Shown one piece after another: positions 28,298 through 36,862 of a DNA stretch of 64,000 nt (positions are counted from its first letter, which is position 1; every line of letters begins with the position of its first letter). This DNA is from a virus (Duplodnaviria > Caudoviricetes). The stretch spans positions 160,001 to 224,000 of IMG/VR virus record IMGVR_UViG_3300033555_000001; one strand, given 5' to 3'. Made by a program: the position numbers and the translations under genes. Under the pieces are notes generated by a model. It was given only the letters and a program-made list of their open reading frames with translations, ran no database searches and was not told where the DNA came from.

Positions 28298-30037
28298 TTA
28301 GCCCTCTATGATCGTACTAAACCCGTGATGCTTTTGTATTGTCATTGACCGATCTAATCGACCTTGGATATTTTGATGATGACTGATAACATAGATACCA
28401 AGATCCTCGTCACGGCTCTTTTCTTTTAGAATCCTGACAATTGCGTCAATTCCCGCGCTGTCAAGTGCGCCATCCAGCTCGTCAATCAGGAGCAGATTAC
28501 ATTTGGCGTGCAAGTGGTGCAACACGTCTCTGAACGCCAGGGCCATGCCGGTATTGACGCGCTTCTTTTCGCCGGCTGACAAGTTACCAAAGTCAAGGTC
28601 TCGCCCAAACTCAGACACAGTACAGCTCAGGTCAGCGTCAAATTTCACAATGTGCGGCAGCCCAAGCTTAGCCGTGTAGTTGTTGATTCGACTGTTCAAG
28701 AACGGAATGGTTCGGCTAATAATTCGCCGGCGCAGAAATGAATCTTTAGAGGTAAGCAGCTTTAGCAGAAACGCCTGATGTTCTAATCGTTTTTTCAGAG
28801 CATCAACTTTTTCAGGTTCTGCTGCTTGTGCAGTTTCAGCGCTTAACTGCTTAAACGCTTCAGTGTGCGGATTAACTGCGGTGGCTAAATCACCAAGCTT
28901 TACGGTCATGACTGATGAATTTTCACGGGCGGCCAAGAGCTCTTTCAAGTTACTGTGCTTGATAGCGCCTTCAACTTCAGCGAGCCGCTGTGCATGGGAC
29001 TGCACCTGTAGAGCCAGGTCGCCTACCACTTCCTCAACCTCCAGCAGTCTGGCGCCTTTAGCTTCAATGGCCGCATCCAGTTCTGTGAGCTTTTTTGGAG
29101 CATCAGCAAATTGCTGCAAACAGTACGGGCAATTTGCTTTAGCCAAGTGCGTCTGCTCGCTGAGTAGCCTTTCTACTTCAGCGGTGAGTAACTGCCGATC
29201 TTTTTTGGCTGGGGCCAGCTTAGAGTTTAGTTGTGCACCCTCTTGCGCCAGAGCAGTGCGCTCGTCATGCAGTAACTGCTCAAGCTCAAAGTCAACTGTG
29301 CCAAGCACCGCCAGGGTTTTTTCAATACTGGCTATTTCTTGCTGGCGCGTAACTTCCCAGCGATCTACTCTACTTGAGGCATCTGTAATCTGCTTTTGAT
29401 GCAGTTCTGCTGCTGTTAATTGCTGCTTGAGTACCGCCTCTTGTACTTTTAAATCGCTCTCTGTTTCGCGAATCAGCTCTTTGAGCACTTTTGCTTTTTC
29501 AGACAGGAGTGTAATGTTAAACAGTTCTTCAATTTGATTGCGCTGCGCTGCGGTTGGCAGCTGCAAAAACGCCACTGAGTTACCGGAGAAAATAATAGTC
29601 TTGGTAAAGAGATCATAAGAAATTCCAATGATCTCCTCGATCATTTTATCGCACTCAATTACGCTTTTACCTGGTGTAATGTCATCGCCGTTCTTCCACA
29701 GGTTAATTGTAAAGTGCTCACCACGTGTTCGTAAAATTTCATACTCATCACCGCCCCGCTCAAATGACAGGCGTACTTCCATGAGTGTGTTCTTTGATGC
29801 GTTTGTGCTGTTAATCAACCGCTGTAGACTGATATTGTCAAACGGCTTGTTGTACAGCGCGTAACACAGCGCGTTAATGATTGTAGTTTTGCCAGCGCCA
29901 TTTGAGCCGCCAACGTCTAGATTTTGGCCATCAATAGTTACAGTGCCAGGCTCGGCCAGATTTATTACGGTATCATTTTGGCCGAACGATAGAAAGTTTC
30001 TGAGCGTCAAGTCCCTGAAATACAGTGTACTGCTCAT
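28298..30037 (-). CDS. Recombination nuclease ATPase subunit (gp46/SbcC-like)
   Basis: Walker A GSNGAGKTT, signature LSAGEKKR, Walker B LLLIDE, central CPYC zinc hook. Confidence 0.95.
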   Translation of the reverse strand: MSSTLYFRDLTLRNFLSFGQNDTVINLAEPGTVTIDGQNLDVGGSNGAGKTTIINALCYALYNKPFDNISLQRLINSTNASKNTLMEVRLSFERGGDEYEILRTRGEHFTINLWKNGDDITPGKSVIECDKMIEEIIGISYDLFTKTIIFSGNSVAFLQLPTAAQRNQIEELFNITLLSEKAKVLKELIRETESDLKVQEAVLKQQLTAAELHQKQITDASSRVDRWEVTRQQEIASIEKTLAVLGTVDFELEQLLHDERTALAQEGAQLNSKLAPAKKDRQLLTAEVERLLSEQTHLAKANCPYCLQQFADAPKKLTELDAAIEAKGARLLEVEEVVGDLALQVQSHAQRLAEVEGAIKHSNLKELLAARENSSVMTVKLGDLATAVNPHTEAFKQLSAETAQAAEPEKVDALKKRLEHQAFLLKLLTSKDSFLRRRIISRTIPFLNSRINNYTAKLGLPHIVKFDADLSCTVSEFGRDLDFGNLSAGEKKRVNTGMALAFRDVLHHLHAKCNLLLIDELDGALDSAGIDAIVRILKEKSRDEDLGIYVISHHQNIQGRLDRSMTIQKHHGFSTIIEG

Positions 30038-30369
30038 TTTGAAAGCTTTACTGGCAAGTCGTTAATGCTGATGATCTTAATCGTAAAATCACCCTCTTCT
30101 TCTGCCTTCTTTGAAAAGCTAGAAAAAATACCAGACATGATACCAGACATACGTTCGGAGTCCTTGTGGCATATGTATACGGAGCCGCTGGCTTGAGGCA
30201 TGGTGTACTGCTCACCGTCAAACACAACGCTTTCAATTCCTGAGCTCAGTTTCCATGAATCACCATTAGCAAAGCCGCCATACCAGCTAGCAAGCACTTT
30301 ATTAATTGTGCCATGTTCGGCAGAATCTAACTCTACAATTACCCATGCATCCGGATGATAGTCGCTCAT
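30034..30369 (-). CDS. Conserved hypothetical phage protein
   Basis: YHPDAWVIV...KVLASWYGGFANGDSWKLSSGI is a motif I recognise from T4-like phages. Confidence 0.65.
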   Translation of the reverse strand: MSDYHPDAWVIVELDSAEHGTINKVLASWYGGFANGDSWKLSSGIESVVFDGEQYTMPQASGSVYICHKDSERMSGIMSGIFSSFSKKAEEEGDFTIKIISINDLPVKLSK

Positions 30370-31415
30370 TCTGTTCTTAATTCCTCATAAATTTGAACCA
30401 ACATCTCTGGATCAATTGTTGCTGTTGGCGACACACCCTCGTGAATTAACTGTCGCACGGTACCGTCCAGCGATGACAGGTCTAGTTCACCCTCCAGTTC
30501 TAACCCGGAGTTGAGAGCATCTTTCTTAGATTGTAAGTCCTCTTCGACAGAAAATTCTCTTAAATTAAAGGTTGACATCATTTCTTCTCGCAGGGCCTGC
30601 ACATCGCTGTAGCCAACATCTACGTCAAGTACACATCTGACTCGCCCGCCGGATTTAAAGCTCATTTCGCCTGTGAGTACCTGAGAAAGCTTAGTCTGAT
30701 AAAACAGTGGAGCGTCCTCATAATCAAAGAACTCTACACTCTCAGTTCCAGGAATAAAGAGACAGGCACCGCGTTCAGTATCCCAAGAGTCGCCAAAGGT
30801 GGTTGGAAAAGTGTTGCCAATATAAATGATGTTCTTGTTTACTTGGCGCAGGTGAAAGTGCCCGCTGAAAATATACTTAGGCCCAGTAAATTGATCTGCG
30901 TCCGGGCCGTGTTCTAGTCTGCGGTCGGTACCAGACACAACAAAATTTCGGAACTCAAAGTGCCCAAGCACGTACTTGTAAGAGTTAATCTGTTCGGCGA
31001 GCTGCGGGTATTCTTCTTTGAAGATAAAGGGTGTTGCAAATAAATCAGGCGCCAGTTCCATTGGCTCATTAACAATAACGAAGTTCTTCAGATCTCTGAA
31101 TTGGTCAGTGCTAAACACTTCGCGATTGGAGCGGTGATACAGGTCATGGTTGCCCACCAAGAAGAAAACTGGTAAGCCCAGGGCGTCTAATCTGCGGGCA
31201 CCCTCTTGAGATGCTTTTAATGTTCGCACATTAATTGCATTTCGGGATTCGAACCAATCACCCAGGAACGCGATATGTGTGGCTTTTTGTTCGATGGCTC
31301 GGGCACAAAACCAGTCTATGTAGTTTAGACAGTCTTGCAGATGTTGGTCGCTGTTCGACCGTGCGCCCCAATGAATGTCGGTGCACATCATCATTCTCAT
31401 ATTGGAGGTTATCAT
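30366..31415 (-). CDS. Recombination nuclease subunit (gp47/SbcD-like metallophosphoesterase)
   Basis: TDIHWG, LGDWF, VGNHD, GHFE and SGHFH motifs. Confidence 0.95.
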   Translation of the reverse strand: MITSNMRMMMCTDIHWGARSNSDQHLQDCLNYIDWFCARAIEQKATHIAFLGDWFESRNAINVRTLKASQEGARRLDALGLPVFFLVGNHDLYHRSNREVFSTDQFRDLKNFVIVNEPMELAPDLFATPFIFKEEYPQLAEQINSYKYVLGHFEFRNFVVSGTDRRLEHGPDADQFTGPKYIFSGHFHLRQVNKNIIYIGNTFPTTFGDSWDTERGACLFIPGTESVEFFDYEDAPLFYQTKLSQVLTGEMSFKSGGRVRCVLDVDVGYSDVQALREEMMSTFNLREFSVEEDLQSKKDALNSGLELEGELDLSSLDGTVRQLIHEGVSPTATIDPEMLVQIYEELRTE

Positions 31416-31685
31416 GCCGCCGCTCCTTGGAGACAACCGCTAATAACTACTCTAAGTCCTGCAAAGTTTACTACCAAAAATTGCTGCGTTGGGTATAAAG
31501 TGTAAGCCGTCATTGGATCCTTATTGGGAGAATGTGACGGCGACTCAGAAATTATATCCAGCTGGTCAGACAGTGCCACCTGGAAACGGGCTCGGGTTGT
31601 GTTGATCCCGACCGGCCCAGAATACTATTTTAAGAGACTAATCTATAATGATGTACCGTGTAACATAATATAACTGGAGTCTGCC

Positions 31686-31970
31686 ATGAAATTTCTGAAA
31701 ATTGCGTTCCACGCCGATACCGAGGAATCACTGGACTCGATTCTTGAGTACATGAAAACGACGCTAGACAGAAATGAAATAGTTACAGAAGATGGCTTTA
31801 CGTACATTGAGATCCTTACCGACGCCGAGTTGGTGGATGAGCTGATTTGCCTTGGCGGTTGCCTGCTGGAGCTTGACAATGATGGTTATGAGGACGCGTT
31901 TTTTGTCGAGATCGTGGAGCTTGATGTTGCTCCAGTGGACTGCGACGCACCACCGCAGTACTTGCAGTGA
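31686..31970 (+). CDS. Acidic hypothetical protein
   Basis: GGAG Shine-Dalgarno; ends APPQYLQ*. Confidence 0.55.
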   Translation: MKFLKIAFHADTEESLDSILEYMKTTLDRNEIVTEDGFTYIEILTDAELVDELICLGGCLLELDNDGYEDAFFVEIVELDVAPVDCDAPPQYLQ

Positions 31971-31975
31971 GCGAT
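31947..31975. repeat. 29-nt direct repeat A (second copy at 32581-32609)
   Basis: GCACCACCGCAGTACTTGCA(G/A)TGAGCGAT, 28/29 identical. Confidence 0.9.
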
Positions 31976-32455
31976 CTTCTCAATCCTAAGGCTATTTGTA
32001 AGCTAACGGAAGAGCAGTGGGGAGGTTCATACCCTATTAGTTGGGACCCTATCAAAAAAGGCATTAGTGTTGACCGAGCCGTGAAAAATACATTTGGGGG
32101 AGAAGGTGGGAGGTTTGACCCCTTTGATATGAATTTTTTTGTTGGCAACATCAGCCATCATGAAATAAAAACAACAACCACGAACTGGATTAAGCTTTCA
32201 CCAAAAGAAAAAGAGCTTGCGGATAGCCTTTTACAGCAGAAATTAGATATGCTGTACTGGATTTATTTCCAACATCAAGCCCGAGACGACTTTCAATTTA
32301 AGTGCATAGTTAGATGGAGTAAATTAACGCAAAACGATTTAATTTTCACATCACAGTACGACATGTGCAATGTTGAGCGAGAAGGTGTTTGGACAGTAGA
32401 ACCAGGTTATTGTTTCTCTTTATCCCGAGCCCTGTCAACAGCTGAACCTAATTAA
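31967..32455 (+). CDS. Hypothetical protein
   Basis: 162 aa ORF whose start lies within repeat A. Confidence 0.55.
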   Translation: MSDLLNPKAICKLTEEQWGGSYPISWDPIKKGISVDRAVKNTFGGEGGRFDPFDMNFFVGNISHHEIKTTTTNWIKLSPKEKELADSLLQQKLDMLYWIYFQHQARDDFQFKCIVRWSKLTQNDLIFTSQYDMCNVEREGVWTVEPGYCFSLSRALSTAEPN

Positions 32456-32472
32456 TAATCTTAAAAAAATTG

Positions 32473-32560
32473 TCGCTTGTTACAATATCTCATCTCCTGT
32501 CACCTACGTCGGGCGACAAAATAGGAGAAAATTAAATGACTCAAGAAAATCAAACTGCAA
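32473..32560. repeat. 88-nt direct repeat B (second copy at 33251-33338): promoter, RBS hairpin and first codons of the MazG-like gene
   Basis: 81/88 identical by manual alignment. Confidence 0.9.
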
Positions 32561-32600
32561 CTGCGCTGGTGGGCGGTGGTGCACCACCGCAGTACTTGCA

Positions 32601-33224
32601 ATGAGCGATATTAATCTGATAAGAGCTTTGACAGGCAATAACCGAATTGAGCGAATTAGGCAGGCTAGGCTTGATTCAAGTTTCAATACAGTTATTGCAA
32701 TATTAAAAGAATATTGCAGTGCAATACCAGCCTTTTCAGCGGACACAATTGGTCAAGAATTATTCGATGAGGTTAACAATATTGTCATCATTGCGAATTT
32801 ACAGCCAGACCAAAAAAGATCAAAGGCTAAAAAAGAAGCTGATTTTAAGAGGGGGATGTTTTGCGAGTGCATGGTACGAGACGTGTTGCGTTTAGCACTT
32901 GCAGAAATTGGATGGAAATGCGAGTGGCCCAACGATTCTGGGCCACGTGACCTAATTCTGACTAGCCCCGCAAAAATTAGATTTTTAGTAGATGTGAAAA
33001 CAAAGGCTGTTTTACCTGGCAAATCTGGAACTGTTACGTGTTCAGAGTCTGAGGCAAGAGCGCTGGTTAACGGCATGTACAAAAATGAAAAAATAGATGA
33101 AATACTATTAGCAATATTTAACATAAGCACAGCTGGAATTTATACATTTGCGGACGTTCGCCGCGCAAAAACAGAAGCATGGAGTCTGAGTGAGGATGGC
33201 TGCAGCTGGTATTTTGAATTTTAA
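32601..33224 (+). CDS. PD-(D/E)XK nuclease-like protein
   Basis: GPRDLIL...LVDVKTK resembles a PD-(D/E)XK motif. Confidence 0.45.
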   Translation: MSDINLIRALTGNNRIERIRQARLDSSFNTVIAILKEYCSAIPAFSADTIGQELFDEVNNIVIIANLQPDQKRSKAKKEADFKRGMFCECMVRDVLRLALAEIGWKCEWPNDSGPRDLILTSPAKIRFLVDVKTKAVLPGKSGTVTCSESEARALVNGMYKNEKIDEILLAIFNISTAGIYTFADVRRAKTEAWSLSEDGCSWYFEF

Positions 33225-33313
33225 CCCAAACATCGCATAACCGGCAAATTTCGCTTGTTACAATATCTCATCTCCTGTCACCTGTGTTGGGCGACTGAAT
33301 AGGAGAAAATTAA

Positions 33314-33799
33314 ATGACTCAAGATAATCAAACTACAATTATGCCAGCAGCCAATTTAGAAGCACCTCAAATCAATACTGACTGGGTTGCTGACATTGCT
33401 GACATGCATACGAAATTCGGCGTTAACACAGTTATCAGAAAACTTAATAAAGCAGACTTGGCCAAGTTCTTAAAATTTCGCGTTGATTTCTTGCAAGAAG
33501 AACTAGACGAGATGATTGCAGCCAGCGAAGACCCTGACTACAAAAAGCCAGACGCTCGTGGCGACGACATTGTCGATGCGCTGATTGACATTTGCGTTGT
33601 TGCAATTGGCACCATGAACGCGTTTGATGTTGATGCGCATACAGCATGGGCCAGAGTCCACAGTAAAAACATGGAAAAGAACGCTGGCGTCAATCCCAAT
33701 AGGCCCAACGAATTAGGACTGCCGGATCTGATCAAACCAGCTGGTTGGACTAGCCCTACACATGCGGATAATGTTGGCTTGTTAAGCAAGCTGTTTTAA
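33314..33799 (+). CDS. MazG-like NTP pyrophosphohydrolase
   Basis: FLQEELDEM, DDIVDALIDICVVAIG and RVHSKNMEK motifs. Confidence 0.8.
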   Translation: MTQDNQTTIMPAANLEAPQINTDWVADIADMHTKFGVNTVIRKLNKADLAKFLKFRVDFLQEELDEMIAASEDPDYKKPDARGDDIVDALIDICVVAIGTMNAFDVDAHTAWARVHSKNMEKNAGVNPNRPNELGLPDLIKPAGWTSPTHADNVGLLSKLF

Positions 33800-33800
33800 T

Positions 33801-34076
33801 ATGGAGACGCCAGTGTTAGAGACGGTACTCGCTCTTCTAAAAGAAAAGCGTAAAAAGCTGGCGTCTGTGTACAAAAGAGCCGCTGTATTAGACAAAGAAA
33901 TTTTAGAACTTGTGAAACAGCAGCAATCAATGTGTCAGCACGAAAATATTACAGACCAGTCTAGTTATTCTCCAGGCACGTATTATGATACAGACTATAC
34001 ACTTTGCTGGCGAAAGTGCAGTGACTGCGGGCTGGAGTCTGAAAGACTGACTAAGAATCACGGTAACTACGGTTGA
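33801..34076 (+). CDS. Hypothetical protein with Cys/His zinc-binding motif
   Basis: CQHE...CWRKCSDC. Confidence 0.5.
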   Translation: METPVLETVLALLKEKRKKLASVYKRAAVLDKEILELVKQQQSMCQHENITDQSSYSPGTYYDTDYTLCWRKCSDCGLESERLTKNHGNYG

Positions 34077-34105
34077 TTTGTTCTGCTCAGAACTCTAAAT
34101 AAAGC

Positions 34106-34414
34106 ATGCCAAAAATAACCTCTCGCCCAACAGGTTCCCATTCTATCGCAGATTTAGAGCGGGCTATTCAGCCTACACTCAATGCTATTGAGTGGATGAC
34201 TGACATCATGTACATGCCTGACAATACGCATGAATCAGTAGGCTCTGCCTATGATATGCTAGAGGGCTTGCTGGACTGCATGATGCTCTCTAATTTCATT
34301 ATCATGACTTCTCCAGGTTCACCTGTTAACGAAGTGCATTTTGATGTGGCCGCTCAGCCCGTGGCCGGTGGTCCCCATTTAGCCTTTAGGGCTGCTTTTC
34401 GCGTACAACAGTAA
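34106..34414 (+). CDS. Stand-alone sheath C-terminal-domain/gp25-like protein
   Basis: NEVHFDVAAQP matches NELWLDVAIKP in the sheath of this window; late promoter directly upstream. Confidence 0.45.
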   Translation: MPKITSRPTGSHSIADLERAIQPTLNAIEWMTDIMYMPDNTHESVGSAYDMLEGLLDCMMLSNFIIMTSPGSPVNEVHFDVAAQPVAGGPHLAFRAAFRVQQ

Positions 34415-34450
34415 TCGTGTAAATAGGTCTCCTGACTTAAAGGTTTCAGC

Positions 34451-35320
34451 ATGCGCCGCTTCGACATTTTAAATATTACGCCAAGTACAAATCCAACTGT
34501 CCCGTCTACTATTGAGATTGGGCTAGATTTTTCTGGTGTATTTCATGGCCGTGAATGGTCCAGCGAAACTGGACTGCGCTCGCCAGCCTATACATACACC
34601 CCTGGCACAGCGCCAAGCGGCACAGTTCAAGTAGTTGCCACTACATTTGAGGTGCAGGGAAATTCAAAGTACCGCGGCAAATATACCGTTTACACACAAC
34701 CTGAAGGTGGGTTGCCCTCTAGCCAGTACGATCAAAACAGTGGTCGCACGTTTATTAGAATTAATGAAGTAATACCATCTAACGGAACTCCAGAGGAGCT
34801 TAGCACTGGATTTATTACCCGTGTAAGTACGTATTTGTTTATTGTTGCGGGCGAAGCTGATCTTATTGTACTTGAACAGAGTCATAATGATACGCGGCCA
34901 ATTGGGTTACTTGGTCAGCTGTCAAGTGGTTGGGGAGAAACTCTGTTTCAGAACCAGCTGCGACAGGCACAAAGTTTTGCAGATACTACCGCACCGCTGA
35001 ATCCATTTCAGGGACAACAGTGGTTTGACACCATGAACTCAGTGCTCATGATTAGAAACAATAACGCGTGGGGCGTTGTTAACGCAGAGTATTTTGGTGG
35101 CGCACCATACCGCCATGAGCAAACTGTTCCAAGTGCTCTGTGGGAAATTGCGCACAACTTAAATGCTGCTGCGCCGTTTGTTCTGTCAACTGACTTTTTT
35201 GTTGAGGTAGCCGGAATCATCCGGGCAATTTTGCCATCAGAAATTAATTTTATTGATGCTAATAATATCCAAGCGGTGTTCACCGAACCATTTGCCGGAG
35301 TAGCTTTACTTCGTCGATAA
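34451..35320 (+). CDS. Putative virion structural protein
   Basis: Late promoter GTAAATAGG upstream; contains APLNPFQGQQWFDT...NAW, a fibre-type motif. Confidence 0.55.
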   Translation: MRRFDILNITPSTNPTVPSTIEIGLDFSGVFHGREWSSETGLRSPAYTYTPGTAPSGTVQVVATTFEVQGNSKYRGKYTVYTQPEGGLPSSQYDQNSGRTFIRINEVIPSNGTPEELSTGFITRVSTYLFIVAGEADLIVLEQSHNDTRPIGLLGQLSSGWGETLFQNQLRQAQSFADTTAPLNPFQGQQWFDTMNSVLMIRNNNAWGVVNAEYFGGAPYRHEQTVPSALWEIAHNLNAAAPFVLSTDFFVEVAGIIRAILPSEINFIDANNIQAVFTEPFAGVALLRR

Positions 35321-35383
35321 CCTGCGCAGGCTGACTGTCTGCGTGTATTTCCCTTCTTGAAAAACCTGTGGTATAATAGGCAC

Positions 35384-35995
35384 ATGAATATTTTTGTGCT
35401 AAATGCTGACCCACATCTTGCTGCTCGCGATCACTGCGACAAGCACATAGTTAAAATGATCCTGGAATATGGCCAGCTTCTGTCCAGTGCTCACAGATTA
35501 CTTGATGGCAAACCTATTTTACTCATTAAACCAAATAATAAAGCGCAGCAATTATTGCTGTTGCCTAGTGAAGTGTTTGAGCTCAATGAGGAAAAGGGTA
35601 GATATTACATTAGCAACCCGCTCATGTATTCCATGACACATGCAAATCATCCCAGTGCCAGTTGGGCGCGGCAGTCCGTTGGGAATTATAATTGGTTGTT
35701 TGCGCTGTTTGACGGGTGTCTAGCGGAGTACACAAAACGCTACGGCAAAGTTCACTTGGCAGCACGAATTAAACCGGCAGTAGAGCAGGCACCGCGCAAT
35801 ATTCCAACTGGAGAGCTTACACCATTTGCGCTTGCAATGCCAGAACAATACAGGGTTGCTGATGCAGTTACTTCTTACCAGAATTACTACGTTCATGACA
35901 AGATTCGCTTTGCAAAGTGGACAAACACACCAGCGCCCGAATGGTTTGTCAGCAGGTCAGGCCTGGATTCATCCAATTTCGAAAGATCGCGTTGA
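35384..35995 (+). CDS. Pyrimidine-dimer DNA glycosylase family protein
   Basis: MNIFVL...DKHIVKMILEYGQLL, HANHPSASW and RYGKVH motifs. Confidence 0.8.
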   Translation: MNIFVLNADPHLAARDHCDKHIVKMILEYGQLLSSAHRLLDGKPILLIKPNNKAQQLLLLPSEVFELNEEKGRYYISNPLMYSMTHANHPSASWARQSVGNYNWLFALFDGCLAEYTKRYGKVHLAARIKPAVEQAPRNIPTGELTPFALAMPEQYRVADAVTSYQNYYVHDKIRFAKWTNTPAPEWFVSRSGLDSSNFERSR

Positions 35996-36171
35996 GTTCG
36001 CCAAAGCCCGGGTAAAAGTACTTGATGCCATGTACCGCGAGCTGTCACGCAGAAGACACTTGTTTGGCGCTCGACCAGTGCACATTCAGTCCGCAATTGA
36101 TTTGCTGCTGACCGAAAAATTATCTCTGCAGCTTGAGATTGAAATTATTTCGCAGCATTTAGAGAAAAATA

Positions 36172-36342
36172 ATGGCAACAACACAGTCACTTGATAATTT
36201 CATTCAAGAGCAGCATGATTTACTTGATAAGTTTAGATTAACTTGGCTGTGTGAAGCTGAGAAAAACCCAAAACTGTTTCCGGTTGAGATGCCTCTTGGA
36301 GATTGGGATGTGCAGTTCGCAATTTATCAGGATAGCAATTAA
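36172..36342 (+). CDS. Small hypothetical protein, 56 aa
   Basis: Below the ORF-track cutoff; MATTQSLDNF...PKLFPVEMPLGDWDVQF. Confidence 0.5.
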   Translation: MATTQSLDNFIQEQHDLLDKFRLTWLCEAEKNPKLFPVEMPLGDWDVQFAIYQDSN

Positions 36343-36397
36343 TGTTAACCGCAAATAAAAGTGTTCTAGTAATCAACGCTGTGCTAAAGGTGCTGAC

Positions 36398-36592
36398 ATG
36401 ACTCTTGAAGAAATACAATTACGTGATGACTTTGCTGGCTTGGCGCTACAGGGATTACTGTCGTCTTGCGGGCCGCACTGGGATATTGGTGCCGATAAAA
36501 GGTATCTGGCTAAGGAGTGTTATCAGTATGCAGACAGCATGATACAGGCTCGAGCAGAATTGGTCAACCAGGAGAGAAATCGGGCAGTGTGA
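36398..36592 (+). CDS. Small conserved phage protein
   Basis: LRDDFAGLALQGLL...AKECYQYADSMI motif. Confidence 0.6.
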   Translation: MTLEEIQLRDDFAGLALQGLLSSCGPHWDIGADKRYLAKECYQYADSMIQARAELVNQERNRAV

Positions 36593-36647
36593 AATTTGCA
36601 CCGCTGTTTCCCTCACCCACCTGCTTTTAAAAATTTCGCAACCAGGT

Positions 36648-36830
36648 TCACTCTTCTAAGAGTGGTATTTTAAACTCTATTCCTGGCTTTGGGACTCTGT
36701 TGTTATTCAGCGTGTTAAATTCTACGTGTAGTAATTTAAGTTCTTCCCGGGTATAATTATGCCTGCCAAGTAATCTGAACACGGCGTCAATAGTTTCTGT
36801 TGGTCTGAAAGTGTGAAGAACGAATCGCAT
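36648..36830 (-). CDS. LysM/tail-X-like mini protein
   Basis: HTFRPTETIDAV...LNNNRVPKPGIEFKIP resembles a LysM pattern. Confidence 0.45.
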   Translation of the reverse strand: MRFVLHTFRPTETIDAVFRLLGRHNYTREELKLLHVEFNTLNNNRVPKPGIEFKIPLLEE

Positions 36831-36862
36831 CTGATATTAAAGGATCGCGGCCGTGTAAATAG

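Noticed and set aside
35826-36194. 122-aa ORF overlapping the glycosylase gene
   Set aside because: The 3' part (about 35995-36194) may be a real small gene, but no convincing start codon or RBS could be assigned.
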